DNA from: Gracilinanus agilis
Taxonomy: Eukaryota
DNA: 59,297 nucleotides
Direction: 5' to 3'
Assembly (NCBI RefSeq): GCF_016433145.1
Contig: NC_058130.1
Span: forward strand, 769,627,442-769,686,738
Shown here: in pieces, positions 1 to 12,456 of the stretch
Numbering within the stretch: position 1 is the first letter of the stretch
Layout: each line of letters starts with the position of its first letter
Translations under genes and position numbers: made by a program
Notes under the pieces: generated by a model
Seen by the model: the letters and a program-made list of their open reading frames with translations, nothing else
Database searches by the model: none
What the model was told of the DNA's origin: nothing

Positions 1-250
1 AGGGGACCAGCGGAACGGACTCTGAGTGCGCAGGCGCGGGGGGCGTTGGCAGGGGGCGGGTGGGGCAAAGGGCTCCTAGCGCGCAGGCGCAGTGATCGCC
101 GTGCCAGGTTATCGGGCAAGGGGGCGTGGCCAGGAGCGGAGCATGGATGAGGCGGGGCTGGGCGCGCGTGCGTAGAGGGCGCCGAGAGCGCCCCCGGGTT
201 GTCTTGGTTGGGCAAGGGACTGGTTCTGGCTCCCGGACGTTACTTCGTTA
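1..250. promoter_or_regulatory. CpG-rich region 5' of USP30 exon 2 with two NRF1-type motifs and GC boxes
   Basis: High CpG density; TGCGCAGGCGC at ~27-37, GCGCAGGCGCA at ~81-91, GGGGCGGG at ~53-60. Could be the promoter or the intron-1 side of the USP30 CpG island. Confidence 0.55.
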
Positions 251-899
251 CTGGCTAGCTGCTCTCGGAGCTGGAGTGGGATCCTTGGGTTCGAATCCTG
301 ACTCTGCCGCTTAGTCCCTGTGTGACCTTGGGCAGGTCACTGCCCCTCCCCCAAACATCTTAATGCAATTCAGCAGCCAACAAACATAAGCGCTTACTGT
401 GTGCCAGGTGCTGTGGGCACTGAGGCAAAAAGGAAACGGATCGGGCAGGAGCATTTAGACAGGACCTACCGTGTATTGAGTTTTACAATAATGATCTCTC
501 GTGATTCCAGAACAACAGCTGTTGAGCTGGTGCTGTTGTTCTCGCTCTTTTAGGGTAGGGGAAACTGAGGCAAACCTGCCCAGGATCACACAGCTAGGCT
601 ATGTCACAAGTTGGATTTGAACTCAGGTCTTTGGACCACAGGCCTGGCTTCCTGTGCACACAGCATCTTTTGGAGAAGACAGGTCGCCAGTGAGATAGCC
701 CAGAGATGGAGCCAAGCCAGGGCCTGCTCTCTCCAGGCAGCCAGCATGGATTGGGAGCCTGCTGTACATCTTCTGCTTGTTGGCCCTAGGCGCCCACCCC
801 CCACCCCACCCCAGCTTTGGGATGATGATCCTGCCTGTGCGGCTCAGAGTAGGGTGCGTGCCCGCCTAGACAACGCAGGGCGACCCCCACTTTGGGGCC

Positions 900-1490
900 G
901 GCTGATTGACTGCATCAGACAGACCGCCAGAGTCTCCGGCATAGCCAGAGACCAGCTTCTCTCCTTGAAACTCGGCTCTGACAATGGTCTGTGGGGACCC
1001 CTCCCTTGTACTCCCACCACCCTGCTTCCCAAACCGCACAGACCGCCCCCCACCCTCCTCCTGGGCTCTGGACCCTGCCCCCTCTTCACCAGAATTCCGG
1101 ACTTCTGCAATGTCCCTCTCTCCCCTTCGAGGCTTTGCTCCTGGAGGCCAGGCTCCTTCTGGCTGACCAGCTTCCAGCGGCTTCATTGCCGAGCTCTTCC
1201 AGGCCCTCACTGTCACTCATCTCCCACCTCCAGGCCTCTGCACTGACTGCTGCTCCTCATACCCTGTCTCTAGCTTTAAGAGGTGTCTCAGGCACCATTT
1301 TCTGCCTGAAGCCTTTCCCGATCCCCCCTCCAGCCACGTTAGGCTTAAAGGCTTTGTTTAAAAATTTTAGATTTATGCCGTCTCCAGTCCACATGTTCTT
1401 GTGCCTCCTCTTAGAGTGCCACTTGAGGGCAGAGCTTGCTTTGTTCTGTTTCTCTAGAGCCTAGCATACTGCATGACATACAGTAGGACA
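900..1490 (+). mobile_element. Degenerate L2 LINE 3' fragment
   Basis: CT-rich sequence ending in an L2-like tail (gcctagcatactgcatgacatacagtagg); explains the spurious 211-aa ORF at 611-1246. Confidence 0.55.
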
Positions 1491-2104
1491 AAGAAGGGCA
1501 GCACCCAGGTTCAACAAGGACTTGCTTTTTAGTGGAGAGGAGGAGTTAATGCACCTGAGGGAGGAGAAGGGGCGTGTACAGGGGTGGGCACAGCTTAGGT
1601 AGACACACGGAGGTGGAAGATGGCATGTTCAGTTCAGGACCTGAGCGTCTAGAACCCAGAGTTCAAGCCTGGGAACTCTTCTGGATGAGCCTGGACAAGA
1701 GGACCGAAGCCAGAGTGTGGAGGCATTCACGGCTCTTAGCATAGCCTGGTCCCCTTTAGTCTAAATCTAGACTTGTCCAAATGGGTGTGGCATGGCGGGC
1801 AGCCATCTGTCTCCTGCTGACCCTGGGCCTGGTGAATCTTGCCCCACTTTTGGGAGCACTGTCCCAAGACACATGGTATTTCCTTGTCCCTGCATGAGGG
1901 AGAGGGAATGTAGTCCTGGTCACAGAGGGAGAAGTGACTTGTAATAGAACCCTGGATTTGAACTCAAGACTAGAGGGGTGTTGGGGATCAGGAGCAAGGA
2001 CTGAATCCCGGCTCCACTTCCCAGAACCAAGAGGGCCATTAGAGATCATCTAGACTAGGCCCCTGACTTTACAGATGAGGAAACAGAGGCTGGAAGAGAG
2101 GTGA

Positions 2105-2250
2105 CTCTCCCTCCCCCCCACCCCCGCCCTCCCTTTCTCTCTATTTCTCCCCTCCCCTCTCTGTCTCTCTTTCTTCCTCACCCTCTGTCTCTGTCTGTCT
2201 CTCTCCCCATCTCTGTCTCTGTCTCTCTCTCTCCCCCTCCCCATCTCTTT
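2105..2250. repeat. (CT)n/(CTGT)n polypyrimidine microsatellite
   Basis: Directly visible ctctgtctctgtctctctct run. Confidence 0.85.
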
Positions 2251-3125
2251 CTCTACCCCCCAAGGCCACTATGACTGCAGTTGAGTTTTACGCCTTGGCC
2301 CCAGATATCCAATAGTTCTCTCTCTAAATATTTTGAGAACCTTCTGTGTTGTTGGTCTGGCCCCCAAAGTGAATAAGCCAAAGGCGAGATTCATTTCCTG
2401 GCTCTGCCCACTCTGAACTATTCCAGATGTGTCTGGTGTATTTCTGCAGGCAGTGCTGTGCAATGGGAAGAGCTCTAAATTTGGGTTTGGATCTTCAACC
2501 TTCAGGTACTTGGGCAGGTTATGTGAGCTCGCTGAGCCTCAGTTTCTTCATCTGGAAAATGAGGGGTTGGACTAGGTGGTCAGAAATCCCTTTCCAGCTC
2601 TAGATCTGGTAGCTGTGAATAGAACACAGGCCTTGGAGTCAGGAAGACCTGAGTTCAAATCCTACTCCTATTAATCTTAACTGTGTGATCCTGGGCAAGT
2701 CACTTTACCTCTGCCTCAGTTTCCTCATCCACAAAATGGGGATAGTAATAGCCCCTTTCTCCCAAGGTTGGTGTGAGGTTCAAATCAGGTCAGATTTGTA
2801 AAGTGCTTTGCAGACCTTCAAGTACTTCATAAATGCTGGCTGTTAAGACAAATCCAGTTTCCCAACCTGTTGTACATTTTTGATTTTTAAGCCAGTAAGA
2901 AGCCCCTCCTGTCTAGCAATATAAATGAGGCCACTTTCCCCCACAAGCCCTGGATTAGTGACTCTTGCTGTGTGCCCTGGCTCTGAGCCTGGGTGTCTGG
3001 TGCTCTGAGGGTCTGTGTGTCCTGTATGGGTGGGCTCCGGTCCCCTAAGCTCAGCTCAGCTCATTGGCAGCTGGCCCATGTCCTGATCTTTGGTCCTGGT
3101 GGAAGATGGTCCCCTTCTCTCTTAG

Positions 3126-3235
3126 GTACAAGGTGATGAAGAACTGGGGAGTCCTCGGGGGTGTCGCTGCAGCCCTAGCCGCAGGCATCTACGTGCTTTG
3201 GGGGCCCATCACGGAGAGGAAGAAGCGCCGCAAAG
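3126..3235 (+). CDS. USP30: USP30 coding exon 2 (YKVMKNWG...ERKKRRK; mitochondrial TM anchor and basic flank)
   Basis: ttag|G...AAAG|gtaag; 110 nt; translation matches mammalian USP30 N-terminal TM region. Confidence 0.96.
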
Positions 3236-4299
3236 GTAAGAGGCGGCGGCATCTGGTTCTGGCTTTTGAATGAAAATATCACCTAATAAGTCATCTACTT
3301 TTCCCTTTACCTTGTCAATTTATATTTAATATTAGCAGTTATCGAAGGGTGCAGTTATGGCCTTGGTGGCTGACTCTTGGCCAGTGGCAAAAGTTTTATA
3401 GAGACAGCTGTGGCTCAGTTGTTAAGAGTACTGGGCCTGGAGTCAAGAAGATCTGAGTTCATATCCAGCCTCAGATGCTTCATCTCTGGGGGACCCTGAT
3501 AAGACACTTAACCACGGCTTGCCTCAGGTAGCATTTACTTTGCAGGGTTGTTGCAAGGGTCAGAGAGATGACACAGAGGGAGGAGCACTTGTTTCCTGGC
3601 ACATAGTAGGTGTGTTATAAATGTGTATTCCCTTCCTCTCCCTCCCTTGAAAGAGAAAGATCCTGATACCCAGAGAAGGGGAATCTTACGAAAGTATAAG
3701 TGTCAAAACCGTACTTTGGGTTTTGTTGTTGTTTTTGACATATGTTACATTCACGAGAAAAAGGAACTTCTGAGATGATTTAGCTCTATCCCCTCATTTT
3801 ACATATGAGAAAACTGAGGCCTATGGAGCTTCACTGACTTGGCCAAGGTCTCATGGAAAGAATTGGAGGCAGAATCCAAACAGAGACAGAGCAACAACCA
3901 GACATCGTGATTTCAAAGAAACAAAGTATATTGTGCTTAAAGGTGTCTGTATTAAATGTGTATGTGCCACATGGTGTAACATCCCTTCATAAAGTGAAAA
4001 GTTAGCTAACTTGTCAAAAGATCATAATATACAGTAACTCTAGAATAATCCTCACTCTTTGCTGAACAAGCTGAACAAAAATGAAAAGGAAAATATAGAA
4101 CTGAATTGTCATTGAAGTTGTATTTGAAAGGCAGAGAACATCTGCTGAATGGAAGCATTAGAAAATACATGTTGCTTATCATTACATGGTACCATTCCAA
4201 AAATCGTGTTCAGAGAAATTAAAAATAAACGTAAAGAGACAGAAATACCCAAAGCGGCCATTACAGAATAATACACAATAATCCAGGCCTGTGTATACC

Positions 4300-4960
4300 A
4301 GTGGGGCACTCTTGATAGCCTAGAGACTAGACAGTACATGGGGAGAATCCCCAGGACTCTATAACTTTTTGGATGTGGGAGAGAGAAGACTCAAAGAAAA
4401 GAAAGTTTCAAGTTTTAAAACCCAAAGGACTGAGTAAAATGGCAGTGTTACTACCAGTCGAGGGAAGAGAATAAATTCAATTTTGGATGTGTTAAATGTT
4501 AGGTGCCTGTGGAATATTCATGGGTAATCCTCTTGGCAGTTGAAGATGTAGGTCTGATGCTGAGAAATGGGGCTGAAGATACAGATTTAGGAGTGACCCA
4601 CAGAGCTGATAGTTGAAGCTACAGGAATGGAGGAGAGTGTTAGAGCTGAATGTAGAAAGTGAAGAAAAGTTGGAGGCCAGAACTTTGACAAGTCAAAAGG
4701 AGAAGCCAGTGAAAAGGCCACAAAGGAAGCAGAACCAGGGCAGCCGAGGCCAAAGAGTGGCCAGTGCATACAATAGGAGGTCAAGGGCTAAAGGTCAGGA
4801 AGAATATTAGAACTGGAAAGTGGCCTTTGAGAAAGGAGTTTCAGTTGAGTGGTTGGGACAAAGGCCAGTTTATAAGGGAATGAAGAGAAAAGATGGGAAG
4901 AAAATGGAAGCATCACTTGACTTTCGGGATGAGATTCCAAGTGTTCTAGGCAATATAGAT
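4300..4960 (-). mobile_element. Degenerate L2 LINE fragment
   Basis: Purine-rich antisense L2-like text (gatacagatttaggagt...gatagttgaagct...gaggagagt). Confidence 0.5.
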
Positions 4961-5379
4961 TGCTTCCCCATTGCTTCCCAAAATAGACTAAGGGTTCTCA
5001 AATATATAAAATGGGAAAGAAAAAGACAAACCAGTCCTCCAAAATGCCCTTCTTTTCTTTGACATTTCTTAAGTTTGTTACTAATAAGAGAAATGAAAAA
5101 TAACCTCGTACCTGTTAAGACTTACAGAGATAACAAAAGAGGAAAAGAGAAAAAGGGTTAGCTATTGACTCCATTGATGTGTGCCCCGGAAAATAACCTC
5201 AGAAAACTTAACACCGTGGCTACCATGCCCTCTGAAGGCAGTGAGGAGGAGGGCTTCCCTCCTTTTTAGCAGAGCTGCCAAATGAGCTGAATGTTTTCAG
5301 TCATGTCCATCATGTGCCTTGGACTATAGGAGGACTTAGGGGAGATGGGGGATAACGATGGGAAAAAATATGTACATGT

Positions 5380-5452
5380 ATGTGTGTGTATATATGTATA
5401 TATATATGTATATATACACAAATATATGTATAAATGTTTTATATATATACAA
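5380..5452. repeat. (TA)n/(TG)n microsatellite
   Basis: tatgtacatgtatgtgtgtgtatatatgtatatatatgtatatatacac visible. Confidence 0.85.
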
Positions 5453-5753
5453 AAATACACAGAAGGGAAGTTTTTTTAAAACTTGGATTAAATTTAATAT
5501 ATACTTAAAAAACTAAATGAACGAACGTTAACAATTTTCCATATGGGCCTCCCTTCTGATCTTTGTCTACTGAAATCTTCCTGTTTGTTGATGTTAAAGT
5601 TCATCATAATTTACAAATCTTTCTGACAGTGAAGTTCTCCATTCTCAGTGTTTTTGGCTCAAATAAACTAATGGCTTAGCTTCTAAAATATGGTGGTAAG
5701 CAGCAGACTATTTTTTATCTTTGAGCCCTTTCCCTGGAATGTAGCTTTCATCA

Positions 5754-5927
5754 TTTTTTTTTTTCCTTTCTTAGTATCAATTCTAAGACAGAAGAGAGGT
5801 AGGGGCTAGGCAGTTGGAGTTAAGCAATTTGCCCAGGTCACAGCTAGAATGTCTGAGGTCAGATTTGAACCCAGGACTTCTGGTCTCTAGGACTGGTACT
5901 CTATCCACTGAGCCACCCAGCTGCCCC
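5754..5927 (-). mobile_element. Marsupial SINE (SINE1_Mdo/WSINE-like)
   Basis: Poly-T followed by the reverse complement of ggggcagctgggtggctcagtggatag...ctgggttcaaatct... Confidence 0.8.
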
Positions 5928-7128
5928 AATCTTCGTCATGCTTAATATGACCCCCTCAAGATTGCTTTTTCTGATGTGTTCTGGTTGCTGCATAAGACAT
6001 TTTCTGACCAACATGAGGAGAGCCTGGAGATTGGACCGTGAAGCTCTGGGGGATGAATATGCAGTGGGACTGATGGAGATGGCAGTGGGCAGTAATAGGA
6101 ACAAGACCTCATGCATTTCTCACTAGTTAGCACTAGTTAAACATAAATGCAGCATTAGTCAAGCACAAACTGCAAAATTTGTCTTGTTGATCAGCTCTCA
6201 TCAATCACCTGCCCTGGATCTGTCATGTTCTATAGTGGGCATCAGCTTTGTGCCTAATCTGTTTTGCTAGTTACTCATATTGTTCTTCATTTACTTTAGT
6301 TCTAACTGTAAGACAGAAGTAATTACTACAGTGGTCCCCCACTACCGCACCCCACACACACACATTCTCATTCCAGAAGGGCAGTGAGACCTCTCCCACA
6401 CTGTCAGAGGATGACAAGCTGGATAGTGGGGGAACATGGGACACTGGCATTCCAGAAGGGGCCTCCAAACCCTCACATGCTCCTTCTTCCCTACAACATA
6501 TGTGTCAAACCTGCAAACACAGCTCCAGCTGAATTTGGCCATACCCGTTCTCCAGGGTTTCGGGAAGAGGTGAAGATTTCTCTGGAATGGGAGCCCCTGA
6601 TCCTCACCTCAGGTGGCTACTTCGTAGATGGGGTTGGGACTCCACACATGGGGCTGCTGCTCCATCGCCCCAGGACCGGGAGCTCCAGAGAGGCTTCTGG
6701 ACTAGCCCCCAGCCAATCATCAGCCCTAAGGCTATCTGAATAGCCCCAGGCCAGGCCACCACTCCTAAACCACCTCTTCAAGTAAAATTCTTCTGGATTG
6801 AATAGAGTTTGAGTCTCCCATTCCCGAGTGAGACCCTGTTACACACTTGGGTGTGTTTCTCCCATGACAGGACACTCACGCCTCGGTCCCAGGCCTGAGC
6901 TGCTTGTCTTTGGGAGGGGCCTTAGACACCTCTAGTTCCCAGCGTGTGCTCTGGTTCTCTTGGCCCAGACCAGTGGGCCTCGATGGGGAGGGCAGCCCCT
7001 GGATCTCTGGCTGGATGCTGGGCGATTGATCAGTGATGCATCAAGTAACTGGGCGCAGCAGGGTGACCTCCCACAGGGAGCAAAGAGGAAGAGACGTGGC
7101 TGACCATTCCTCTGTCCCCTTCCTTTAG

Positions 7129-7311
7129 GGCTTGTACCTGGCCTCCTCAACTTGGGAAACACCTGCTTCATGAACTCTCTGCTGCAAGGCCTGTCTGCCT
7201 GTCCTGCTTTCATCAAGTGGCTGGAGGAATTCACTGCCCAGTACCCTGCTGACCAGAGAGAGACCAGCAAGCCCCAGTACTTATCCTTGACTCTGCTGCG
7301 GCTCCTGAAAG
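7129..7311 (+). CDS. USP30: USP30 exon 3 (Cys box GNTCFMNSLLQGL)
   Basis: tttag|GG...AAAG|gtatgc; 183 nt; catalytic Cys present. Confidence 0.97.
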
Positions 7312-7341
7312 GTATGCAGGCCGGGTGGGAGCTTCTTTGGT

Positions 7342-7668
7342 TTTGTTTTTTTAAATCCTCACCTTCCATCTTAGAGTCAATACTGTGTGTTGGTTCCAAG
7401 GCAAAACAACAGCAAGGGCTAGGGAATGGGGGTTAAGTGACTTGCCCAGAGTCACACAGCTAGAAAGTCTTGCCAGGCCTGACTTTCAGTTCACTGAGCC
7501 ACCCAGTTGCCCTTTTAGTATCAATTCTAAGACAGAAGAATGACAAGGGCTAGGCAACTAGAGTCAAATAACTTGCCTAGGGTCACACAGCTAGGAAATG
7601 TCTGATTCAAACCCAGAACCTCTGGTCTCTAGACCTGGCTCTCTCTCCACTGAGCCACCAACTGCCCC
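7342..7668 (-). mobile_element. Two tandem marsupial SINE copies
   Basis: Two successive reverse SINE bodies, each ending in ...cagttgccc or actgcccc. Confidence 0.8.
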
Positions 7669-8807
7669 ACATTCCCTTTGGTGTTTGTTGTATTTTTTGA
7701 ATTAGTCTTGGCCCCAGCAGGCACTTCATTGAATCCAATTGTTTTCTTCTTCAAGAGATTTCTGAGGATCTTTGTGTCATCCTATTCAGGCCTCCCAGGC
7801 TTCTTCCTCCAGGGCTGGTCCTCTAATCATCCTACTGCTCTGTTCTCAGTGTAATGTAGTCCAAGGGGGTCTCAAGCACAGGTTCCTGGTGGTGTTACAG
7901 GATTCCTGTTTCTCACTCTTTGCAACATGAGCCTTTGACTCCCCCATGGGGAGGGCAGGTGGGCAGGCACAGGGTCCTTATCAAATCAGGCAACTCTTAC
8001 CCCCTGACATTTTTAACCAAAGGAAATGAAAGGGAATGCTAAAGGAGAAACCTTGCAAATATGGGGTTAGGAGTCTTTGCCCTGATGATAAGGAATTGGC
8101 GTCATTTGTCCCTGGAGAGCAGCAGCTATTCTGGGAGCAAGTGTTGGGTTCTCTGCCCTGCTGGCTGCCTTCCGAGGCTTTGGCCATTGCCACAAGGGTG
8201 TTTAGGGCACAGCGTCATGATGCCTGAATCCCAAAGACAGGCATAACTCCTGGTCTTCTTGGAGGTTTGGCCCAGCCCGGGAGCCCCCAATTTAGATCAC
8301 AGGCCAGTTCTCCTTGTGGCTAGAGAGCGAGCCATCCAGGAATAGCCACCTGCTTTGGGGTCGCCCTTAGCCTTTTGGCCTTGGAATGCCACTGGGGGCA
8401 TTTACTTACATGCAGTCATTCTTGTGAGGTCAAAACAAGTTGTTTTTATTGCTTAGTGCTGATGTGGGTCATGATATTGTATTGTTGCCTTCTAAACAGG
8501 GTGTTTTAAAACTACTACGGCTTTGTGGAAATGAGCCTCCATTCCTCAGCAGATATTTACAGGGGACAGTTCTCCCATTCCTGTACTTGGCCCTGGCAGG
8601 GATGAGACACCTCCTTCTCCCTGATCAGTGCCTTCTCTGGGCCCTCTCTCTGACCAGGACCTGGGGAAGGAAGCTCATGAGTTAGACTTGGGGAGCCATG
8701 GTGCCAGTTCATCTGGCGCTCTTAGGTCGGGGGCCAACTCTGCTGGGAGGCAGTTTGGCTCCCGACCCCTCCAGTGACCTGTGCAGTCATTTCTGTTTCC
8801 TCACCAG

Positions 8808-8926
8808 CCCTGTCTTGCCAAGAAGTTTCTGGAGGCAGTGAGGAGGAGGAGGAGGTCCTTGATGCTGGCTGCCTGCTGGAAGTGCTTCGGATGTACAGAT
8901 GGCAGATCTCCTCCTTTGAAGAGCAG
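8808..8926 (+). CDS. USP30: USP30 exon 4 (LSCQEVSGGSEEEEEVLDAGCLLEVLRMYRWQISSFEEQ)
   Basis: accag|CC...CAG|gtgagg; 119 nt, 15 nt longer than the human exon as recalled. Confidence 0.96.
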
Positions 8927-9429
8927 GTGAGGAGTGGGCAGAGCCCCTGTGCCAAGGAGGCTTGCCAGGTGTAGCACCAGTGCCTGGTGGGCACGAGTGT
9001 TTAGTTCAATTCTATGAGCACTTACTAAGAACCTGAGCAGGCTCATGGGATACAAAGACACAAACAGCCCCTGCCCTCAAGGAGCAGATTTTCTACCCGG
9101 AGGGGTGTATGTCTGTCTGTGGGTCTGTGTACACTCACCCATGCATATGTGTCCCTAAAACTGGGGTGAGATGGTCCCTAAAAAATAAGGGGCAGAGATG
9201 GGGCAGCCGGGACAGAGGCAGGAAGGCACTGTATGGCCAGTGTGGCTGCAGCGGAGAGGGAGGTTGGAGGCAGAGTGCAAAGCATAGGAAATGTCCCACA
9301 GGCCATGAGGGAAGTCCCCTGAATAGCGCAGAGTTAGGTCAGACCATAGTGTTAGAAGTCTACAGCAAGCCTTATGGGAAGAGGGAGGGCCCTTAACAAA
9401 TGGAGAAAGAAAGGATGAGAAAATCGACA

Positions 9430-9720
9430 ACAAAAACCCAAAATAAGCCCAGAAGAAGAAATCTTGAAAATTAGAAGAGAAATAGATAAATTGGAAAATG
9501 ACAATAAACCTTTAGCTAACCTCATTAAAAAGAGATTTAAATAAAACAGATGATGAATTCAGTACATAGAAGAAATAAAAAAGAATACAGCCACACATAA
9601 TGTAAATAATTTTAAACCCCACTGATCTCTTCAGAAGCATTTTCCACTGGGATCATAGGGAATCGTGCAAGGATGGCTTAGCATTAGGAAGAGAGAGAAC
9701 ACAATAAATCTTGTTCAGAA
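9430..9720 (+). mobile_element. Degenerate L1 ORF2 fragment
   Basis: A-rich; aataaacctttagctaacctcattaaaa and gcaaggatggcttagcattagg resemble L1 ORF2 text. Confidence 0.5.
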
Positions 9721-10319
9721 CAGAAATACTCCAGCCATATGATTATGGCAGGAGATGCATGGGATCAAGGCTGGGGGGCTTCATAGAGGGAGGGATTAGA
9801 GAAAGGAGAGCCCGGGGGCCCCTGGGGGATCCAGAGAGGGAGCTTACCCTCTGCCCAGAAGCAGATACAAGATGGACATCTGGCTAGAAATCCCAGGTAG
9901 CTTGGAGCAGGGCCCAGCCTCTGGTCACATCAAAGGTAGCCTCAGAGCTGAGGGATTCCAAGAGGGAAAGATGGTGTGCGTTCTAGGCAAGGGGGGAATG
10001 GGCTGTGCAAAGGCTCGGAGATGAGAGCTGGCACATTATGTGTGAGGACCGGCAAGGTCAGTGTGGCTGGACTGTCCCATGTCCGGGTGACCAAAGGGAA
10101 TGTGACTGCGAGCGGAGGGAAGAGGAGGACACACAGAAGGTCGTGGGGGAAAAAAAGTGCTGAGAGCCGGCCACCTAGGCTGTGGAGGTGGGGGAGCCCT
10201 CAGGGGAAGGCTGAGGGTCAGGGCGTGCTGTGAGGGATGCGTGAGAGCGCTGGTCTGGACAATGCCGGCCAGAGGGGCCAGGTGGCCTGGAGAGTTTGAA
10301 GGCCTGGAGTTGCTGGGTG

Positions 10320-11093
10320 TGTTATACGATAAGGCAATATATATCCCTCTCCCTGAGGGCATTAGGAGCTGAAGCTCCTGACTGTGGAAATCCTTAAGTG
10401 TCGCACCCTAGTTGTGGACACTAAGGAGCCCTCAGGGATATCTGAGATGAAACCACTCCAGCCAACTCCAATATAGCAGTGTCCCAGCCATAAGTAAATT
10501 ATAGACGCTAAATGACTGCCGCTTACCTTTAGCCACTTACCTCTTCCTTCGGCTACCCAGGGATACGCTGGGTGATCCTGGGGGCAAAAATGGCATCCAT
10601 GTTTCAAGATTTAATGATAACAGACGTAGGGAAAGGGAAACAGGGACTGAAGGAATCCTTGGCTAAAGCTACAGATAAGCAGGGTTTGGGATGAACAGTT
10701 GAAGAGGTTTATCTTTCTCAGTTGTGACCTGGCCAGGCCAGGCTGCTTGAACCGGAACCAGGTTGTTGGATGGTATCGATGTTTCTTCTTAGATGATTAA
10801 TTAATTAGAATGTATAGTATAGATTCACGCAGGATTGGAACCTAAGGTATTGATCAGTTATTGGCTGCTGGTAACCTAAACTGATCTTTTGGCCTCCCCA
10901 ACCAACCACAACCTCCCACCAAAGCCCTTCTCCAAATTGAGAGCCTTCTTCGGTCCAAACCCTGCTCTTTATACTGCCCTCAGGAACTGTCTTCCCTTGC
11001 TGCCTCATGCCAATCTCCGGTTCATTCCAAGTTCCAAACCACTAGATGTCAATCTAGCTGCTCTCCATTTTGTATAGCAGAAACGATATTACA
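10320..11093 (-). mobile_element. Solo LTR of an endogenous retrovirus (ERV1-like by TSD length)
   Basis: 774 bp with TG...CA termini (TGTTATACG...CGATATTACA) and a 4-bp TSD GGTG (10316-10319 and 11094-11097). Minus-strand TATAAAG at 10973-10967 and ATTAAA at 10615-10610. Confidence 0.8.
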
Positions 11094-12357
11094 GGTGTTA
11101 ATAAGGGAAAGGGATGGGGGGCATGAAGGAACCCAACTCCAGGCTGAGTTCTCCCTGTATCGTGTCAGGTCAGGGCCTTCTGGGTCATTGAGCCTTCACT
11201 GCTTGGAGCCCTGAGTGCTGGCTTACTTGCCTGGGTTACACCAGAGGTAGAACTTGAACTCAGGTCTTTCTGGCTTTGAGCCTGGCTCTTCATCTGCTAA
11301 GGCTCCAAGGGTTCCTGGGTTCCCTGGGCATCCTGCTGACCCTCTGGAACCTCCCATGCTTCAGCTGCCCAAGCCCTAGAGAGAAGGGGAGCGGGGAGGA
11401 ATGACCAGAAGATGTCCTGGCCGAGCCTGGCTTCCCATCCCAGTGACCCAGCAAGAATGAGCCAGAACCTGCTTTTCTTTTCCTTATTTTCTTAAACATT
11501 TGTCACTTTGGTACTGATTTGTAGGCAAAGCGGCTGCCTGGCGTGGCCATAGGATGGTTCTAGGTCATGGAGCCTTTGTAAAAAGCAGCCAGGCATGGAG
11601 AATCCCCTTCCAGTGCGGCCCCCACAGTCAGAGAGAGAAGGGCCCGAAGTCCCCCAACCCTCTCCCTACCAGCCTGGTCCCATAAGCACTTCTGCAGCAC
11701 CTCCTGTGTGCAGGGGGATGCTCAGCAGATCATGCATAATGCACCCACACACAGGATTTCAGAATGGGAAAGGACCCCTCGGGGCACACCACAGTCTTGG
11801 GGTTCCTCTCCTCCCCCTCATGACCAGCCTTCCCTGTTGGTCCAGGTAACACCCCACAGGGCATGGGCTATTCCCAAGAGCCACTCTATGGGTACCTGAA
11901 GGAAAATATACTCCCTGCCTAGGGCAGACCCCCTCCAGGATCCCACACCCCCCCGGGGCTCCAGGCAGGGACTGAGGGGTCGTGCTCTGCCTCCCCCGTC
12001 TCCAGGCCTCGTGCTCCTCCGGCCTCCTGCCAGCCTCGCCCTCCGCTCTCTCCCATCTTCCCAGCGTGTGAGGGTTTTCTTAGTGCCCACCTGCCTCCTT
12101 CAGCAGCCTGCGCTGGCTCCCCAGGCCTGCACCCTAGGAGCCATGGCTCAGCCTTCCCCCAGGCCATAATGACTAGTCCTGAGAGCGTGTCTACCATGAG
12201 TATTGGAGTGCCCAGCTCGGGGCTGCCGCTGGGCCTGGACCTCGTGCTTCCTCTCGGCCGTCCTTAGGCCACGTGGCTTTGGTCTCGCACCATCCCCTGG
12301 AGCCGGGGAGGGAGGGGCCCCGAGGGGCCCCCCTCAGTGATGTGTCCCTTTGGCTAG

Positions 12358-12456
12358 GACGCGCACGAGCTCTTCCACGTCATCACGTCGTCCTTAGAAG
12401 ACGAGCGAGATCGTCATCCTCGGGTGGCCCATCTGTTTGACATGCATTCTTTGGAG
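12358..12456 (+). CDS. USP30: USP30 exon 5 (DAHELFHVITSSLEDERDRHPRVAHLFDMHSLE)
   Basis: gctag|GAC...GAG|gtaaag; 99 nt; QDAHE motif. Confidence 0.97.

Noticed and set aside
126-314. 62-aa ORF as an alternative USP30 exon 1
   Set aside because: No similarity to the USP30 N-terminus, no convincing phase-2 donor, and it runs into a MIR/SINE.
611-1246. 211-aa ORF
   Set aside because: Overlaps a decayed L2, has no recognisable domain and no splice context; GC-rich stop avoidance explains it.
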